This document shows positions 49,440 to 62,364 of a stretch of 64,000 nucleotides of DNA, piece by piece. The notes beneath the pieces are model-generated. The model saw only the letters and a program-made list of their open reading frames with translations. It had not been told where the DNA came from and did not search any database. The stretch covers positions 90,272,001-90,336,000 of the forward strand of contig NC_091473.1 in assembly GCF_036971445.1 (NCBI RefSeq), read 5' to 3'. The number at the start of each line of letters is the position of its first letter. Positions within the stretch are counted from its first letter, which is position 1. This DNA is from Narcine bancroftii. Its lineage: Eukaryota. The translations under genes were made by a program, and so were the position numbers.

Positions 49440-50190
49440 GAGGTCCAGAAATATATATTCTTTATATATTTGAAAAACCTTTGGTATTCTCTTTTATACA
49501 ATTGGTGAACTTACCTTCATTTTGATCTTTTCTCCCCTTAACACTTTTTTAGCTGCCTTCTGTTGGTTTTTCAAAGCTCCCCAATCCCCTAGCTGCCCAC
49601 TAATTTTGCAATGAGCGTATGCCCTCTATTTTGCTTTTATGCAATCTTTAACATCCATTATCAGTCATGGTTGACTCAACCTCCCTGTAGAACGTTGTTT
49701 CTTCTTTGTGATGAAATTATCCTTCATCTTTTGAATTATTCCAAAAAAACTCCTCCTATTTCTGCTCTACTGTGATTCCTGCAAGGGTCTCCTTTCAATT
49801 AACTTCGGGCAGCTCCTTTCTCAAGCCCCTCTAGTTACCTTTGCTCAACTGTAATACTGACACATCTGATTTTAGCTTCTCCCTCTCAAACTGCAGAGAG
49901 AATTCTTTCATATTGCAATTATTGCCTCCAAAAGGTTCCGTTACCTGAAGCTCCCCAATCAAATCCAGTTCATTGCACAGCACGAAATGTAGAATTGGTT
50001 TTCCCTCGTGCGCTCGACCACAAGCTGCTCTAAAAAGCCATCTTGTTGGTATTCTACAAATTCCATCTCTTGGGATCCAATGCCAACCTGACTTTCCCAT
50101 AAACCACTGTAATATTGTCTTCCTTAAATGCCTTCTCTAACTCCTGTTGTAATTTGTATCCTACATCCTGGCTACTATCCGGAGGAACTA
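49440..50190 (-). mobile_element. CR1 endonuclease/linker fragment
   Basis: PPDSSQDVGYKLQQE; ILHFVLCNELDLIGELQVTEPFGG..EFSLQFERE. Confidence 0.78.
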
Positions 50191-51009
50191 AAAGTTGGCC
50201 CCTACTTAATTCAATTTGACCTTTTTTTACTCTTTTCATACTTAGCTGTGTTTTTCATGATATATCTTAACAGTCTTAAAAATTAAAAAAAATATATATC
50301 ATTGATTTAAGCCAGGCAATTATGCCTGTAATGGATATTGCATGAAGTACTCTCAAATATCAAAATCCTCTGAGAAACAGGATTTTTTTTCTGAAATGCT
50401 GTTAATAACAATCCTGTATTACTAAAATCTAGATCACAATAAATAAAAGAATAATGCTGATTCAGACATAAACCACATTAATAGGATATACTGTATACTA
50501 TCAAGTGGAAGAAAGAGGTGCAGTGTTAGTAATGTCCTTGTAAATATTTAACAAATCGCCTTTGTTCTCCTGATTGTTTTTCTGATCCCCATTGCATTTC
50601 CAAAATGACACATCATCATTATAAATTTTCATTTTTAGTTGTAAGTGACCCATTATTGAATATATTAGCCCTGCGCTTTGTGTATTTTGCCTGGAGAATT
50701 ATAAGCCCAAAAGGGACAGTGTCAGAGTTAAAAGGACTTGCAAAACTCCAATGATTTGTTTTAAAACCTTTAGGCACATTTTATAACCCAGGGATACAAG
50801 TCATAATACAATTTATGCAGTTTTATCACACATGATGAAAAATATGATTTATTCTGCTTTTAGTTTTGTGTGCATCACAAGTGTAAATGAAAGCTTCTCC
50901 TCTTATAAAGCCTCCATGTTCTCCTGAGGTTTTTAACAGAAAGAGTGTTTGAGACGGTTAGTATGGGCGTGAGGGGTTTCAAGCCCCAAATTCCAGTAAT
51001 TGTAGGAAT

Positions 51010-51270
51010 TAAGGCTTTAGTAATTAGTGTAACGCTCTAATTAGTGTAACGCTGTTACAGTACCAGTGATCCAGGTTCAAATCCGGTGCTATATGTAAGG
51101 GGTTTGTATGTTCTCCCCATGTCTGCGAGGATTTCCTCTGGGCACTCAGGTTTCCTCCCACCAGTCAAAATAACGTACCAGGGTTGTAGGTTAATTGGGT
51201 GTAATTCGGTGGTTTGGGCTCCTGGGCTAAAAGGGCCCGTTACTGTGCTGCATATCTAAATTCATTTTTT
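51010..51270 (+). mobile_element. V-SINE with 17-bp head duplication
   Basis: TAATTAGTGTAACGCT x2, B-box GGTTCAAATCC, V-domain, CR1-like tail. Confidence 0.85.
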
Positions 51271-51369
51271 AATCCATAGTTCGTGTTGTATTGGATAGGG
51301 AAGAAATATTCAGGCATTATATTTGGCTAATCTTTTGGGTGTTTTTCAAATATTTATGTGAACCAAGAC

Positions 51370-51492
51370 TTTGGAAGGCACTGAAGAGCGTAGTAGGGCA
51401 GAGGCATCTGGGAATACAACTACATAATTCCTTGAAAGTGCCATCACTGGTAGATAGTGTTGTAGAGAGAGCTTTTGGCACATTGGCCTTCA
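51370..51492 (+). mobile_element. CR1 fragment (continues at about 52345-52374 and 55095-55320)
   Basis: ALKSVVGQRHLGIQLHNSLKVPSLVDSVVERAFGTLAF. Confidence 0.72.
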
Positions 51493-51494
51493 AA

Positions 51495-52340
51495 AGACTG
51501 TAAGCCATGGGAGCGGAATTAGGCCTGAGTCCATCCTGCCATTCCATCATGGTTGATTTACAATCCTTTTTAACCTCTTTCTCTTGCTTTTGATTCCCTA
51601 TAACCTTTGTTTCCCTTCCTAATCAATATCTCATCTATCTGTAAATATACCCAGTGACATGGCCTCCACAACTGTCCGTGGAAATGAATTCTACAGGTTT
51701 ACCACCCTCTGGCAAAGCCATTCCTTCTCATCTTTGTTTTAAAGCGACATTTTTGTGCCCTGAAGCTTTGCCTTCTGGATCCAGACTCCCCACCATGGGA
51801 AGCATCCTTTCCACATCCACTTTCTCCAATCCTTTAAGTATTTGATAGGCTTCAATGAGATCCCCCCTCATTTTTTAAACTCTACCGAGTACATTCCCAG
51901 AGCCATCAAATGGTCCTCATATGGCAACCTTTCATTCCAGTGATAATTCTAGTGAACCTCATCTGGACCCCCTATAATGCAACATTCTTCCTTAGATAAG
52001 AAGCCCAAAACTGCTCACAATACTCCAAGTGCTGTCTGACCAATTCCTTAAAAAGCCTCAACATTACATCTCTGATTTTATATTCTATCTCTCTTGAAAT
52101 GAATGCTAGCATTGGATTTGCTTTCCTAACCAGCAACTCTTTCTGCAAGTTAACCTAAAGGGAAGGTTGAGCAAGGACTCCCAAGTCCATCTGCGCCACT
52201 GATTTTTGAACTCGAAGCCCATTTAGAAAATAGCCTACACCTTTATTCCTTCTACCAAAGTGCATGATCATACATTTCAGTAGACTGAATTTCATCAGCC
52301 ATTTCTTTACCCAGTCACCTAACTTGTCTTAGTCCTTCTG
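51495..52340 (-). mobile_element. CR1 3' portion
   Basis: Reverse of HLEYCEQFWASYLRK, GDLIEAYQILKG, RVVNL*NSFP; tail at about 51500. Confidence 0.8.
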
Positions 52341-52374
52341 TGGAACATGAGGGGGGGATGTTTCTCTCAGAGTA

Positions 52375-55094
52375 TAGATTTTCAAGGTGGGGCATATGAC
52401 CCACTGGTGGGGTGTGGGAATATTTTTGGTGGGGCGCAGGAATATTTTGGGAAATTAAAAAGTTGGTTTAAAAAAATAAACTCATTATGTTGGTGTGAAA
52501 GATGTGACTTGGCAACACTGTGAGTGCATCACAATTGTGGTAACTTACAAATAAAATAATTTTGTTTTTTTTATTTTCATAATGTGATTTTGCTCTTCTG
52601 ATGTTTCTCTGTTGTTTCTCTTATTTTAACTTGTTATCCTTGGTTAAAATTATAATTATATTTTTTCTGATCAGTCTTATTATCATCCATTCCAAATTAT
52701 CTCATTGGCGACGAGAATTCCAAATTATTTCAACAATCATGTCTCCATCCGTACCCCTTTACATTTTCAGTTCAGTAGTGACTGAGACCTGTATCTGTAT
52801 GTATCTTTATGTACTAGCGTATTGATTGGGGGGGGGGGGGGGGGGGAGTCCGCCCCAGGTGCCAGCCTGAGGGGGATGCCAAAATTGAAAAAAATATAGG
52901 AACCTTAAAAAGTAAAGCATGAGGCTGGTGCAGTTTTGATGAAGTCTCTGCGAGAAAAAATGTCAGAAACCGCGCTAGTGTTTTTAAAAAAATTTTTAGG
53001 GTCAGTATTCCTCCTTTGATTATTTTTATTACATTTTTCAATTCTAAGACAAAATAAAATATTGATTAATCTGTTTCAGGGAGCTTGCACTGTAGTATTA
53101 ATCTGTTTCAGGGAGCTCGTGCTGTTGTATATTCAAAATGAGCAGACCTAGCAAGCAAAAGGTTTGTCGATATTCAGGGAATTCTTGAAGTTTGGGTTTA
53201 TAACTACTGTACATGATGAACGTGCACCTTTTTGCCTATTATACCAACAGACTTTGACAAATGAATCAGTGAAAGCAGGCCGTATTGAAGCTCATTTGAG
53301 GGCAAAACATCCTAACCATGTCAATTTGAAATTGGAATATTTTAAATCACTGAAAGAGATGTTTGAAAATAGATCAAAAAATCACTTCATTATTTGCTGG
53401 ACAAACTACAGCCCTAAATTGTACCCTTGAAGCTAGTTATGAATTTTCTCTGCTGATAGCAAAACATGGGAAGAATCATACGATTGAGGAGGAACTGATT
53501 AAACCCTCAATATCACTTTTTCTCAAAACAGTTCTGCAAAAGGATGACAAAGATGTCCGAGCAATGCTATTGAGTAATAGTACTGTCTGCAACAGAATAG
53601 ATGATGTGATCAAGATTTTGAAAAACAGCTTATTGAGAAATTGAAATCACGAAAGTTCTCAATACAACTGGATGAAGCTACTGTACGGGACAGTGAGGCT
53701 TTGTTATTGGCATACGTGAGATATATTGATCAGGAAATGTTTCAGGAAGAGATGTTGTTTTGTGATTCATTAGAAACAGCCACTACTGCAATTGATATCT
53801 ACAGCAAGCTCAACAATTATTTGGATGAAAATGAAATACCAAAAGGAAACAACGTATCTTGTACTGCAGATGGTGCACCTGCTATAATGGGTAAAAAATA
53901 CAGGATGCTTAAAATTAATGAAGAGTGAAAATCCAAACATGTTGGTTGTGCACTGAGAAAACTTAGTTGCCCTGTTCTACACGAAATACTGCATTCTGTG
54001 ATCAAGTGTATCAATGTCATCAAAGCTAATTCCAAATGTGAATGTCTGTTTAAGCAGTTTTGTGTTGATAAAAATACAGAACATGTGAGATTATTGCTTC
54101 ACACTGAAGTAAGGTGGTTGTCAAAGGGAAACTGCTTCGGAAGGTTTATGGAACTGTTTGATCTCCTCAGCGAGATTTTGAAGGACAAACCTGAAATGAA
54201 GCTCTTGCTAACAAGAGATGGCAAAACTTATGTGAGTTACTTGACAGACATTTTTGAGAAACTAAGTACATTCAACAAGCAATTCCAAGTAGCAAATATG
54301 ATGCTTATTGATGCAAAAACAAAGATATTTGGATTCATGGCACTTCTAGAATTATGTCAAAGGAATATTTCTGCAAGAAATTTCAGTCAATTCTATTAGT
54401 TGACTAAGTGTGAGGTAACTAATGCTGCTACAAACTTCATTGTTGTCCATTTGAAAATGTTAGTTACTGACTTCAATGATGGATTTTGAGTTTTAAAGGC
54501 AATGGATTTTCCCTCTTGATTAACTCAGCCATTGCTGATGGGCTTATCTGAAGTTCCAGTGCAATACCAAGAGGAGTTATCTGAGTTGCAACATGATGAA
54601 TCTGTGAAAGGAACCATGATGAGGCTGTCTAACAAGATTGAAAAGAAATACCCAAACTCAACTACTTTAGCAAGGGAACTATTGATACATTTTCCATTGT
54701 CTTATTTAGGAGAATGTGGCTTCAGTGCTGTTAGTGATTTGCTTCAAGCTAAGAGAAACTGACTGGAAATTACAAAATGTGGAGATCTAAGGTTGAAACT
54801 AACAAAATTAGGTCCTTGAATCAAAAAAATCTGCAGCCAGCATCAAAGGCAAGGTTCCCACTGAAGTGACGACAATTGTTGAATGTGTGTTTGAGATGGT
54901 TGTCATGTTGAAGTAGTTGAATATGAAATATGTGTTCCAGTGTATTCCCTACCTTAATTGCATTGAAATACATTTGTAGTAAATGATTTAATTAACACTT
55001 CTTTTGAATATATAACATTTTTCCGCTAATAGTGGGGCATACTTTTTTAAAAAGACTAAAGTGGGGCTTAGGGCATAAAGGTTGAGAACCACTG
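52375..55094 (+). mobile_element. hAT (Charlie/Buster-family) DNA transposon, near full length, decayed
   Basis: Right TIR AAAGGTTGAGAACCACTG ends at 55094; degraded left end GATTTTCAAGGTGGGG; imperfect 8-bp TSD TCAGAGTA/TCAGGGTG; GTGGGGC subterminal motifs. Confidence 0.85.
53138..54864 (+). pseudogene. hAT transposase pseudogene (ZBED8/SCAND3/Buster-like)
   Basis: EFLKFGFI..CLLYQQTLTNES..HLRAKH (BED finger), KNHTIEEELIKP, FSIQLDEAT, TADGAPA, LLHTEVRWLSKG, YLGECGFS, HQRQGSH*; many frameshifts. Confidence 0.92.
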
Positions 55095-55322
55095 TCAGGG
55101 TGGTAAGAGTGCAAGTGAGTTTTTAGCAGAAGTGGTGAATGTGGGTTTGATTTCAACATTTAAGAAAAATTTGGACTTGTGTTACATGGAAAATTACATG
55201 GATGGGAGGTGTATAGAGGCCTACGGTCTAGGTGCCAGTAAACATGACTGGTCAAAACAACAGTCCAGCACTGACTAGAGGTGCTGAAGGCCTGTTTCTT
55301 TGCTGGGATGTTCCATAGTTCA
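55095..55322 (+). mobile_element. CR1 3' end (host of the hAT insertion)
   Basis: ACATTTAAGAAAAATTTGGAC..ACATGGATGGGAG..GAAGGCCTGTTTC tail. Confidence 0.7.
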
Positions 55323-55949
55323 AATATTACAAGCTTCCCCACTATGCCAATTGTCATTGACTGCATGTACATCAGATTGGAGTCGCTATATTTTGACAAG
55401 CTTCTCCATGGGAATTGAAATGGATTCCATTTCATTAACACATGGCACACTATTGGTGTTTGACTATAGACAACTTCTCATGTAGGCCAAATGCATTTCC
55501 TGGCAGTGGTGATGATTCCACAATCGTGAAATAATTTGTAATGCCAGCTCAACCATGGTGATTGAGAAGGTAAACTGCTAAGCAACAAGTTTAGTACTTG
55601 GAAATAACAGGTGCATAAACTCATCATATATACAATAAATGCCATACTGTCACCCAAAGTGTGATAGAGCACAAGATTAGCATGCTAAAATTACATTTTT
55701 GTTGTCTGGAAGAGCCTGCAATACTTGACAGAGTGCATCAGGATCAGTAGTTGTTCCCACATGCTGCACAATTTTGAGGAATAGCTGAGTTCCCATCTGT
55801 CTGGTTTGCCTATGAATAACTCATTTAACCAATAGCACTGTAGGCCCAGAATGAAAAATTAAACCACTAAAGAATTAAAAAACACACACACATTTTTACA
55901 TAAAATCATGAACGGTATTGTTGCATATTGAAATTAATCTATAATTTTT

Positions 55950-56080
55950 GGTCTTGATGCAGGTTCTTGAACCAAAGCATTGATCACCCCTTTGTCTCCA
56001 TAGATGCTGCCAAAACCTGCTAATCTTCTTCAGCAGTTATTTTTGCTTCATACTGCAGCATCTGGAGTTCTTGTGTGTCC
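55950..56080 (+). mobile_element. Penelope-like terminal repeat remnant
   Basis: TCTTGATGCAGGTTCTTGAACCAAAGCATTG..CCATAGATGCTGCC..CCTGCT..CAGCA. Confidence 0.55.
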
Positions 56081-56816
56081 TCTTATTGCAGGTTTCCCAT
56101 TTCCTTTGCCTGCGCCAACTCTCCTGTGCAAATGCTACTCTACTCACTCCAGCCTGGTGTGGAAGATGCAAAGAGGTTTGCACAACAATGGTCCTGATAT
56201 TTGTCTGCAGATCATACTATCTGAGGCTGGCTGGCAAGGATGATTCTGTGGAAGTACAATGAGTTTCCCTTCCATGTAATCATTTTTATTCCTTTGGGAA
56301 TTTTGCTGAGCCACTTTCGGAGCTCAGTCTGGATTTATATTTTGAAGGCACCTTGATTCTGTAATCCATAGTTATGCTGGCAGGGATATGAAGTTACATG
56401 TCAATAACCTACTTCTCCTAACAGTCCATGCTTCAGCTTCACCAGTCAGATATAGAGAGACTGCTGCAGAGAATCTATGCTATCAACCACCAGAGATTGC
56501 ATGGTATGGTTCATAGAATGCAAATAGTGTTGGTCACAATTTGCATACTGATAAAGAAAGGCTTTAAGTTCTACACAAAGCAAGTACAAAGGTGAAAATA
56601 TTTCACTTTATTAACATTGAACACAATCTTTAAATTATCTACAAAATACACCAGACTTCTTTAATACTTTATGCCAGCAAAACCGTATTTGATTCTTGTA
56701 AGCAAATCTTAGGTATGACCTGACTCATCAACAACCTGGCACAAGTGTTTACTTGTCTACTGCTTTGTGCCCCTGAGATTCATAATATGTATATCCCATC
56801 TCACTATTATTTAAAT

Positions 56817-57328
56817 TCTTTCTTTGGCTTGGCTTCGCGGACGAAGATTTATGGAGGGGGTAAAAGTCCACGTCCGCTGCAGGCTCGTTTGTGGCTGACA
56901 AGTCCGATGCGGGACAGGCAGACACGGTTGCAGCGGCTGCAGGGGAAAATTGGTTGGTTGGGGTTGGGTGTTGGGTTTTTCCTCCTTTGCCTTTTGTCAG
57001 TGAGGTGGGCTCTGCGGTCTTCTTCAAAGGAGGTTGCTGCCCGCCAAACTGTGAGGCGCCAAGATGCACGGTTTGAGGCGTTATCAGCCCACTGGCGGTG
57101 GTCAATGTGGCAGGCACCAAGAGATTTCTTTAGGCAGTCCTTGTACCTTTTCTTTGGTGCACCTCTGTCATGGTGGCCAGTGGAGAGCTCGCCATATAAC
57201 ACGATCTTGGGAAGGCGATGGTCCTCCATTCTGGAGACGTGACCCATCCAGCGCAGTTGGATCTTCAGCAGCGTGGACTCGATGCTGTCGACCTCTGCCA
57301 TCTCGAGTACTTCGACGTTAGGGATGAA
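56817..57328 (-). mobile_element. Young RTE-BovB 3' portion
   Basis: 150-aa open frame near-identical to 27689-28116; AAAGAAAGAA tail. Confidence 0.95.
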
Positions 57329-57449
57329 ATTTACTTACAATTACTTACAATGTAAGTATCTAAGAAGGAGAGGAGCATGAAATTGAGTCACAGCATGTTT
57401 TGGAGAGTGAGCAACTAACCTGTTTATCTGTGTTGTCACTTTCAGGGAA

Positions 57450-59100
57450 CTTTGTATCTAAAAGTCTCTCAGGACTCTGCCGTTGATTGTGTATGCCCTG
57501 GCCTGGTTTAATTTCCCAAAATGCATCACTTCACACTTATCTGAGTTAAATTCCATCTGCCATTCCCTTGCCCCTTTTCCCAGATGATCTATATCCTGTT
57601 TAACTAAGACAACTTCTTCATCAATATCACCAATTTTGATATCATCTGCATGTCCAAAATACTCACATATATATGACAAACAACAGGGGACTCAGCATCA
57701 ATCCCTGTGGCACACCACTGGTCAAAGGTCTCCAATCTGAAAAACAACTGCCCATTACAATCCTCTGTGTCTCACTCCTACAACCAATCCAATTTTGTAT
57801 CCAGTTTACCCTGGAACCATGTGTTCTATTCTTCCAGACCAGCCTTGTCAAAGGCCAAGTTGAAGTCCATATGGTCAACATCCATCTCCCTGCCATGATC
57901 AGTCCTCTTCACCACCTCTTCAAAATCTCAAATCAAATTCATGAGACATGATTTCTGACACACAAAGCCATAATGACAAACCCTAATCAGTATTTTCCTT
58001 CTCAAATGTAAATAACTTGACCTCAACTGATGTAAGGCTCAACTACCTGTCATTCACTGGCTTATCCCTGCTGCCCTTCTTAAATAAAAGCGCATCATTA
58101 GCTGTTCTCTAGTCTTCCACTACTTCACCAGTTACTAATGAAGAAACAGAAACCTCTTCCAGGACCCCAGTAATCATCTCCTTTGTACGGCATAATATTC
58201 TCAGATACACTAATTATACTGCAAAGATTTTTCCATCTTTTGCATATCAAAACCTCCAATACCTACTCCCTCTCCATCTAATTTTTAAAAAACTCTTAAT
58301 GTAGTTATAGGATTATCCTTTATCATTATCTAGCATGGATATCTCAGGGTCGAATTTAGCCCTCCAAATTTCCTTCTTAAATGCTTTTCTTCATCTCTTG
58401 TGTTATTCTAGGGACTCACTTGATCGCAGCTTCCTAAACTGAACATATACCTCATTTTTTCTCAACTGTCCTTCATTATCCCTCATTGTCCAAAGTTCTC
58501 TAATTTTCTAGTTTTTCTCTTCACTCTAATAGGAACACATTGACCCCAATCCAATTTTAAACACCTCCCACTTATCAGAGGCCCCTGAAAACTGTCTCTG
58601 CCAATCTGACACCATCAAAATGAGCCTTTTCCCAGTTTAGTACTTTAATCGATTGGGGAGGGGGGGGCACACGGTTGATGTAGTGGTTAGTGCAACGCCT
58701 TTACAGCGCCAGTGATCGGGACCTGAGTTCGAATCCCGTGCTGTCTGTAAGGAGTTTGTACATTTCCCCCGTATCTGTATGGGTTTTCCCTGGGGGCTCT
58801 TATTTCCTCCCACCATTCGAAGCGTACCAGGAGTACAAGTTAATTGGGCAACACGGGCTCATGGGCCAAAATGGCCTGTTACTGTGTTGTACGTCAACAT
58901 TTTTAAAAAAAATTGATGACCATTCCTACTTTTTACCATGACTATCTCAAAACTACTGAAATTGTGGTCAGTGGTCTTAAAATGCTCCCCCACTGACATG
59001 TCAGCCACTGATCCAGTCTCATTTCCTAAGAAGAGGTTGAGTGTAGCCCTCCTCTGGTAGAGCCATTTATATTACACTTCAGAAAAGTTTAGTGGACACC
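57450..59100 (-). mobile_element. Degraded CR1 LINE interrupted by a SINE
   Basis: SDWRPLTSGVPQGLMLSPLLFVIYM; HADDIKIG..WQMEFNSDKCEVMHFG. Confidence 0.85.
58664..58912 (+). mobile_element. V-SINE (best-preserved copy)
   Basis: A-box-like TAGTGGTTAG, B-box GTTCGAATCCC 58727-58737, V-domain, tail ATGGGCCAAAATGGCCTGTTACTGTG. Confidence 0.9.
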
Positions 59101-59309
59101 AACCAATGCCTATTTCTACACCTATCAGTTATGATTTTTACACATAAATAATGACAAATTCCCATAATAAATTTGCATACTTGCCTCCGGAGTGGCCATT
59201 CACACAGGCAGGGCATTTACACTGGAGTTGTGGTGATTTCAGAGGCTGGTTGTTTGAGGTGGGAGTAGGTTGAGGTGAGAGTAGGTCATCCCCATCCCCT
59301 GTCATCCCC

Positions 59310-59457
59310 GTATGTGAGTGGGAAGGGAAGGTTGAGAATCACTGCTCTAGACCCAATTGTTACTGAAATATTTTGCTTGAGAAAAATTGTCATTGGCCCA
59401 TTTCCTTTGGAGTTATGAAACCGTGCACATAACGAGTCAATTAGGTACGATTAAAAT
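59310..59457 (-). mobile_element. Inverted partial copy of the compound hAT MITE at 8624-8770
   Basis: Reverse complement matches 8624-8768 closely. Confidence 0.88.
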
Positions 59458-59499
59458 GGAGGTTCAAAATTTTGATAGTCATTGGACAAAAAACAATTT

Positions 59500-60590
59500 G
59501 CTGGAGTTCAGGCTTCTGTACCTCTTTCTTGAAAGTAGTAGTGTAAAACAGTTATGTCCAAGCTGATGGGCGTTCCATTGGCTTCCTTCCTGAGGCAGTG
59601 CCTCACATCAATGAATTCATTGACTGAGGGGCTAGATCCTGTGATGGACTTGGCTACGTTTGCTACTTTCTGCAGCCTTCTGCATTCCTGGGCACTCAAA
59701 TAACCAAACTAGACCGTGATGCAACTAGTCAATATATTTTCCACTGATCACCTGTAGAAGTTTGATAGAGTATTCATCAATATGCCAAATGTCCTCAGAT
59801 TCCTCAGTAAGTTGAGGTGTTGGTGTGCCTTCTTCACTGTTGCCTTGATGTGCTGGCTTCAGGAGAGGTCCTCCGATATGTGAACACCCAAGAATTTGAA
59901 GGAGCTAACGCTCTCCACTGCCATTCCATTATGGAAGACCAACGCATAGTTCCTCAGCCTCCCCCTCCTAAAATCTACAAGACACTCTTTGGTCCTGTTG
60001 ACTTTGAGAGCAAGGTTATTGTTCTGGCACCACCCAACCAGACTCACGATCTCCATCCAATCCTCTGACTCATATTTTCCTATTATGCTGCTATAACAAC
60101 ACTGGTGTCATTAGCAAATGTATAGATTATATTGAGGCTGAACTAGGGTATACAATCATGAATATATAGGGAATAGAGCAGGGAACTAAGCATGCAGCCC
60201 TGGGGTGCCCATGTTGATGGTCAGTGAGGAGAAGGTGATGTTGACAATCCACACTGACTGCTGTAAGGCAATGATGAAATTGAGCATCTAAATGCACAGG
60301 GACGGACAGAGTCTCAGATCCCTTGGTTTGATCAAGTTTGTTGGTATGATGATGTTAAACAGTTTGAGCTGTAGTCATGAAGTAGGTGTTCTTGTGGTCC
60401 AGTTCCTTCCTGAGACAGGAGTTTATCAGCTACATAACCAACCTCTCAAAGCACTTCACCACAGTAGATACAAGTGCCAGCAGCTGGTAGTTGTTGACGC
60501 AAGTAATTTTGCACTTCTTATTAATTAGTATGATGGATATCCTTTAGAAGCAGGTGGGGACTTTGGGCTACAGGTCCAGGCCATGCTCTG
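59500..60590 (-). mobile_element. Rex1/Babar-like LINE fragment
   Basis: WCQNNNLALKVNRTKECLVDFRR..SFKFLGVHISEDLS; SAQECRRLQKVANVAKSITG. Confidence 0.85.
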
Positions 60591-60832
60591 TATGTATGAC
60601 CATGTTACCTTTCCTTGTTTTTGTTTCCCAGAGAATTGTTTTGGCCAAATATATTTAAGTTGGCTTCTAGCAAAACAATCCCATCAATTTCATTCATCCA
60701 CTATTTCCCAGTGGTGCCATAAATTGTCTTCCACAGATAAATACACGTGTGCATGACTCAGAGAGGGGACTCTGTATTTCACAAATTTTCTTATCTTCTC
60801 ATGCCAGCTCCCCTTTCACAGAAGTTGTATTA

Positions 60833-61052
60833 TCATAAGACCATAAGACATAAGGATAGCAAAAGGCTCCTCATTTAATCATGAGCTGATCCATTTTCAC
60901 ACTCAGCCCAACTTCCTGGCCTTCTCCCCATAACCTAATCAAAAACCTATCAATATTGCCTTAAATACACCCAATGACCTGGCCTCCAAAACCACCTGTG
61001 GCTACAAATTCCACAGCTTAACCACCCTCTGGCTGAAGAAATTCGTACACAT
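60833..61052 (-). mobile_element. CR1 3' end with CATAAGAC-repeat tail
   Basis: CATAAGACCATAAGACATAAG; inverted homology to 61620-61885. Confidence 0.78.
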
Positions 61053-61129
61053 CTTCAGGCTACCTGCAGGCTATTCTGCTAGAGGGCTCCCAGATCACTT
61101 TGCATCTGCATAGGTGGATGAACACGTAG

Positions 61130-61885
61130 TGTAGAGGAAACACAGAGGCTTCAGAAGGACTTAGACAGATTAAGAAAATAGGCAGAGAAGTGGCAAATAA
61201 AATATAATGTCAAAAAATGTATGGTCATGCACTTTGGTAGAAAAAAATAAAGAAGGAAAATGCAATGCTGGCGTTCATTACAAGAGAAATAGAATATGAG
61301 CAAGAATGTTACGCTGAGGCTATATAAGGTCCTGATGAGAACTCATGGGGTATTGTGAACAGTTATGGGCTCCTCATTTAAGAAGGGATCTGCTGAAGTT
61401 GGAGAAGGTTCAAAGGAGGTTCACTAGGATAATTCCTGGAATTAATGGATTAATGGATATGAGGAGCTCTTTGGAATTTAGAAGAATGAGAGGAAATCTA
61501 ATTGAAACATTTCTATTGTAGAGTAGATAACGAAACGTTGTTTCCCATGGAGGGAGGATCTAGAAAAAGAGAGCAGAACTTAAGATTAAAGCACGGCCAC
61601 TTAGAACAGAGATATGTTAAAGTTTCTTCAGCCAGAGGGTGGAAAATGTGTGGAATTTGTTGCCACAGGCGGTTTGGCGGTTTGTGGAGGCCAGGCCATT
61701 GGGTGTGTTTAAACCAGAGATTAATAGATCCTTGTTTAGCCACGGCATCAAAGATAATGGGGAGAAGGTCAGGTAGTGGGGCTGAGTTGGAAAATTGATC
61801 AACTCATGACTGAATGTCAGGGCAGATTCGATGGGCTGTATAGGGTATTTCTGATCCTATATCTTATGGTCTTTTAGTCTTATGG
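61130..61885 (+). mobile_element. CR1 3' portion
   Basis: LQKDLDRL..KCMVMHFG; WAPHLRRDLLKLEKVQRRFTRIIPG; tail TCTTATGGTCTT. Confidence 0.85.
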
Positions 61886-61889
61886 GTGT

Positions 61890-62285
61890 TTTCAATTTTC
61901 TCCCCATATGAAATATAGTCTGGCCATTTATTTTTTCTTCTAAGGTGCATGACTGTACACTTTCTGACATTGTAAATCATCTTTCCACTTCTCTTCCCAT
62001 TCTCCTAATCTGTCTAAGACCTTCTGCATCCTCCCTGTTTCGTCAACACTACCTGGTTCGCCACCTACCCTCATGTCATCCGCAGACTTTGGCACAAAGT
62101 CATTCATTCCATAATCCTCATTAATATAAAACATAAAAAGAAGTGGCCCAGCACCGAGCCCTGTGGAATACCACTGGCAGCCAATCAGAATATGATCCAA
62201 CTCTCTGCTTCCAGCCAATCAGCCAATAATCTTCCCATGCTAACATGTTTCTTGTTATACCATGAGCCCTTACCTCATTAAGTAG
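61890..62285 (-). mobile_element. CR1 RT fragment
   Basis: GPLLFMFYINE..KSADDMRVGG..MQKVLDRLGEW. Confidence 0.8.
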
Positions 62286-62364
62286 TCAAACAAAATGTTT
62301 TACAAATATGGTGGCTGCTTGGCCAAAGCATCTTGAGGACAGGCAGCTTCTTATGAGCTGTCCA

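Noticed and set aside
53138-54864. Domesticated ZBED8/SCAND3-like host gene
   Set aside because: Numerous frameshifts and stops, plus a retained TIR and TSD-like flanks, indicate a dead transposon.
58664-58740. tRNA gene
   Set aside because: The A/B boxes belong to a SINE head followed by a V-domain and CR1-like tail; there is no cloverleaf or terminator.
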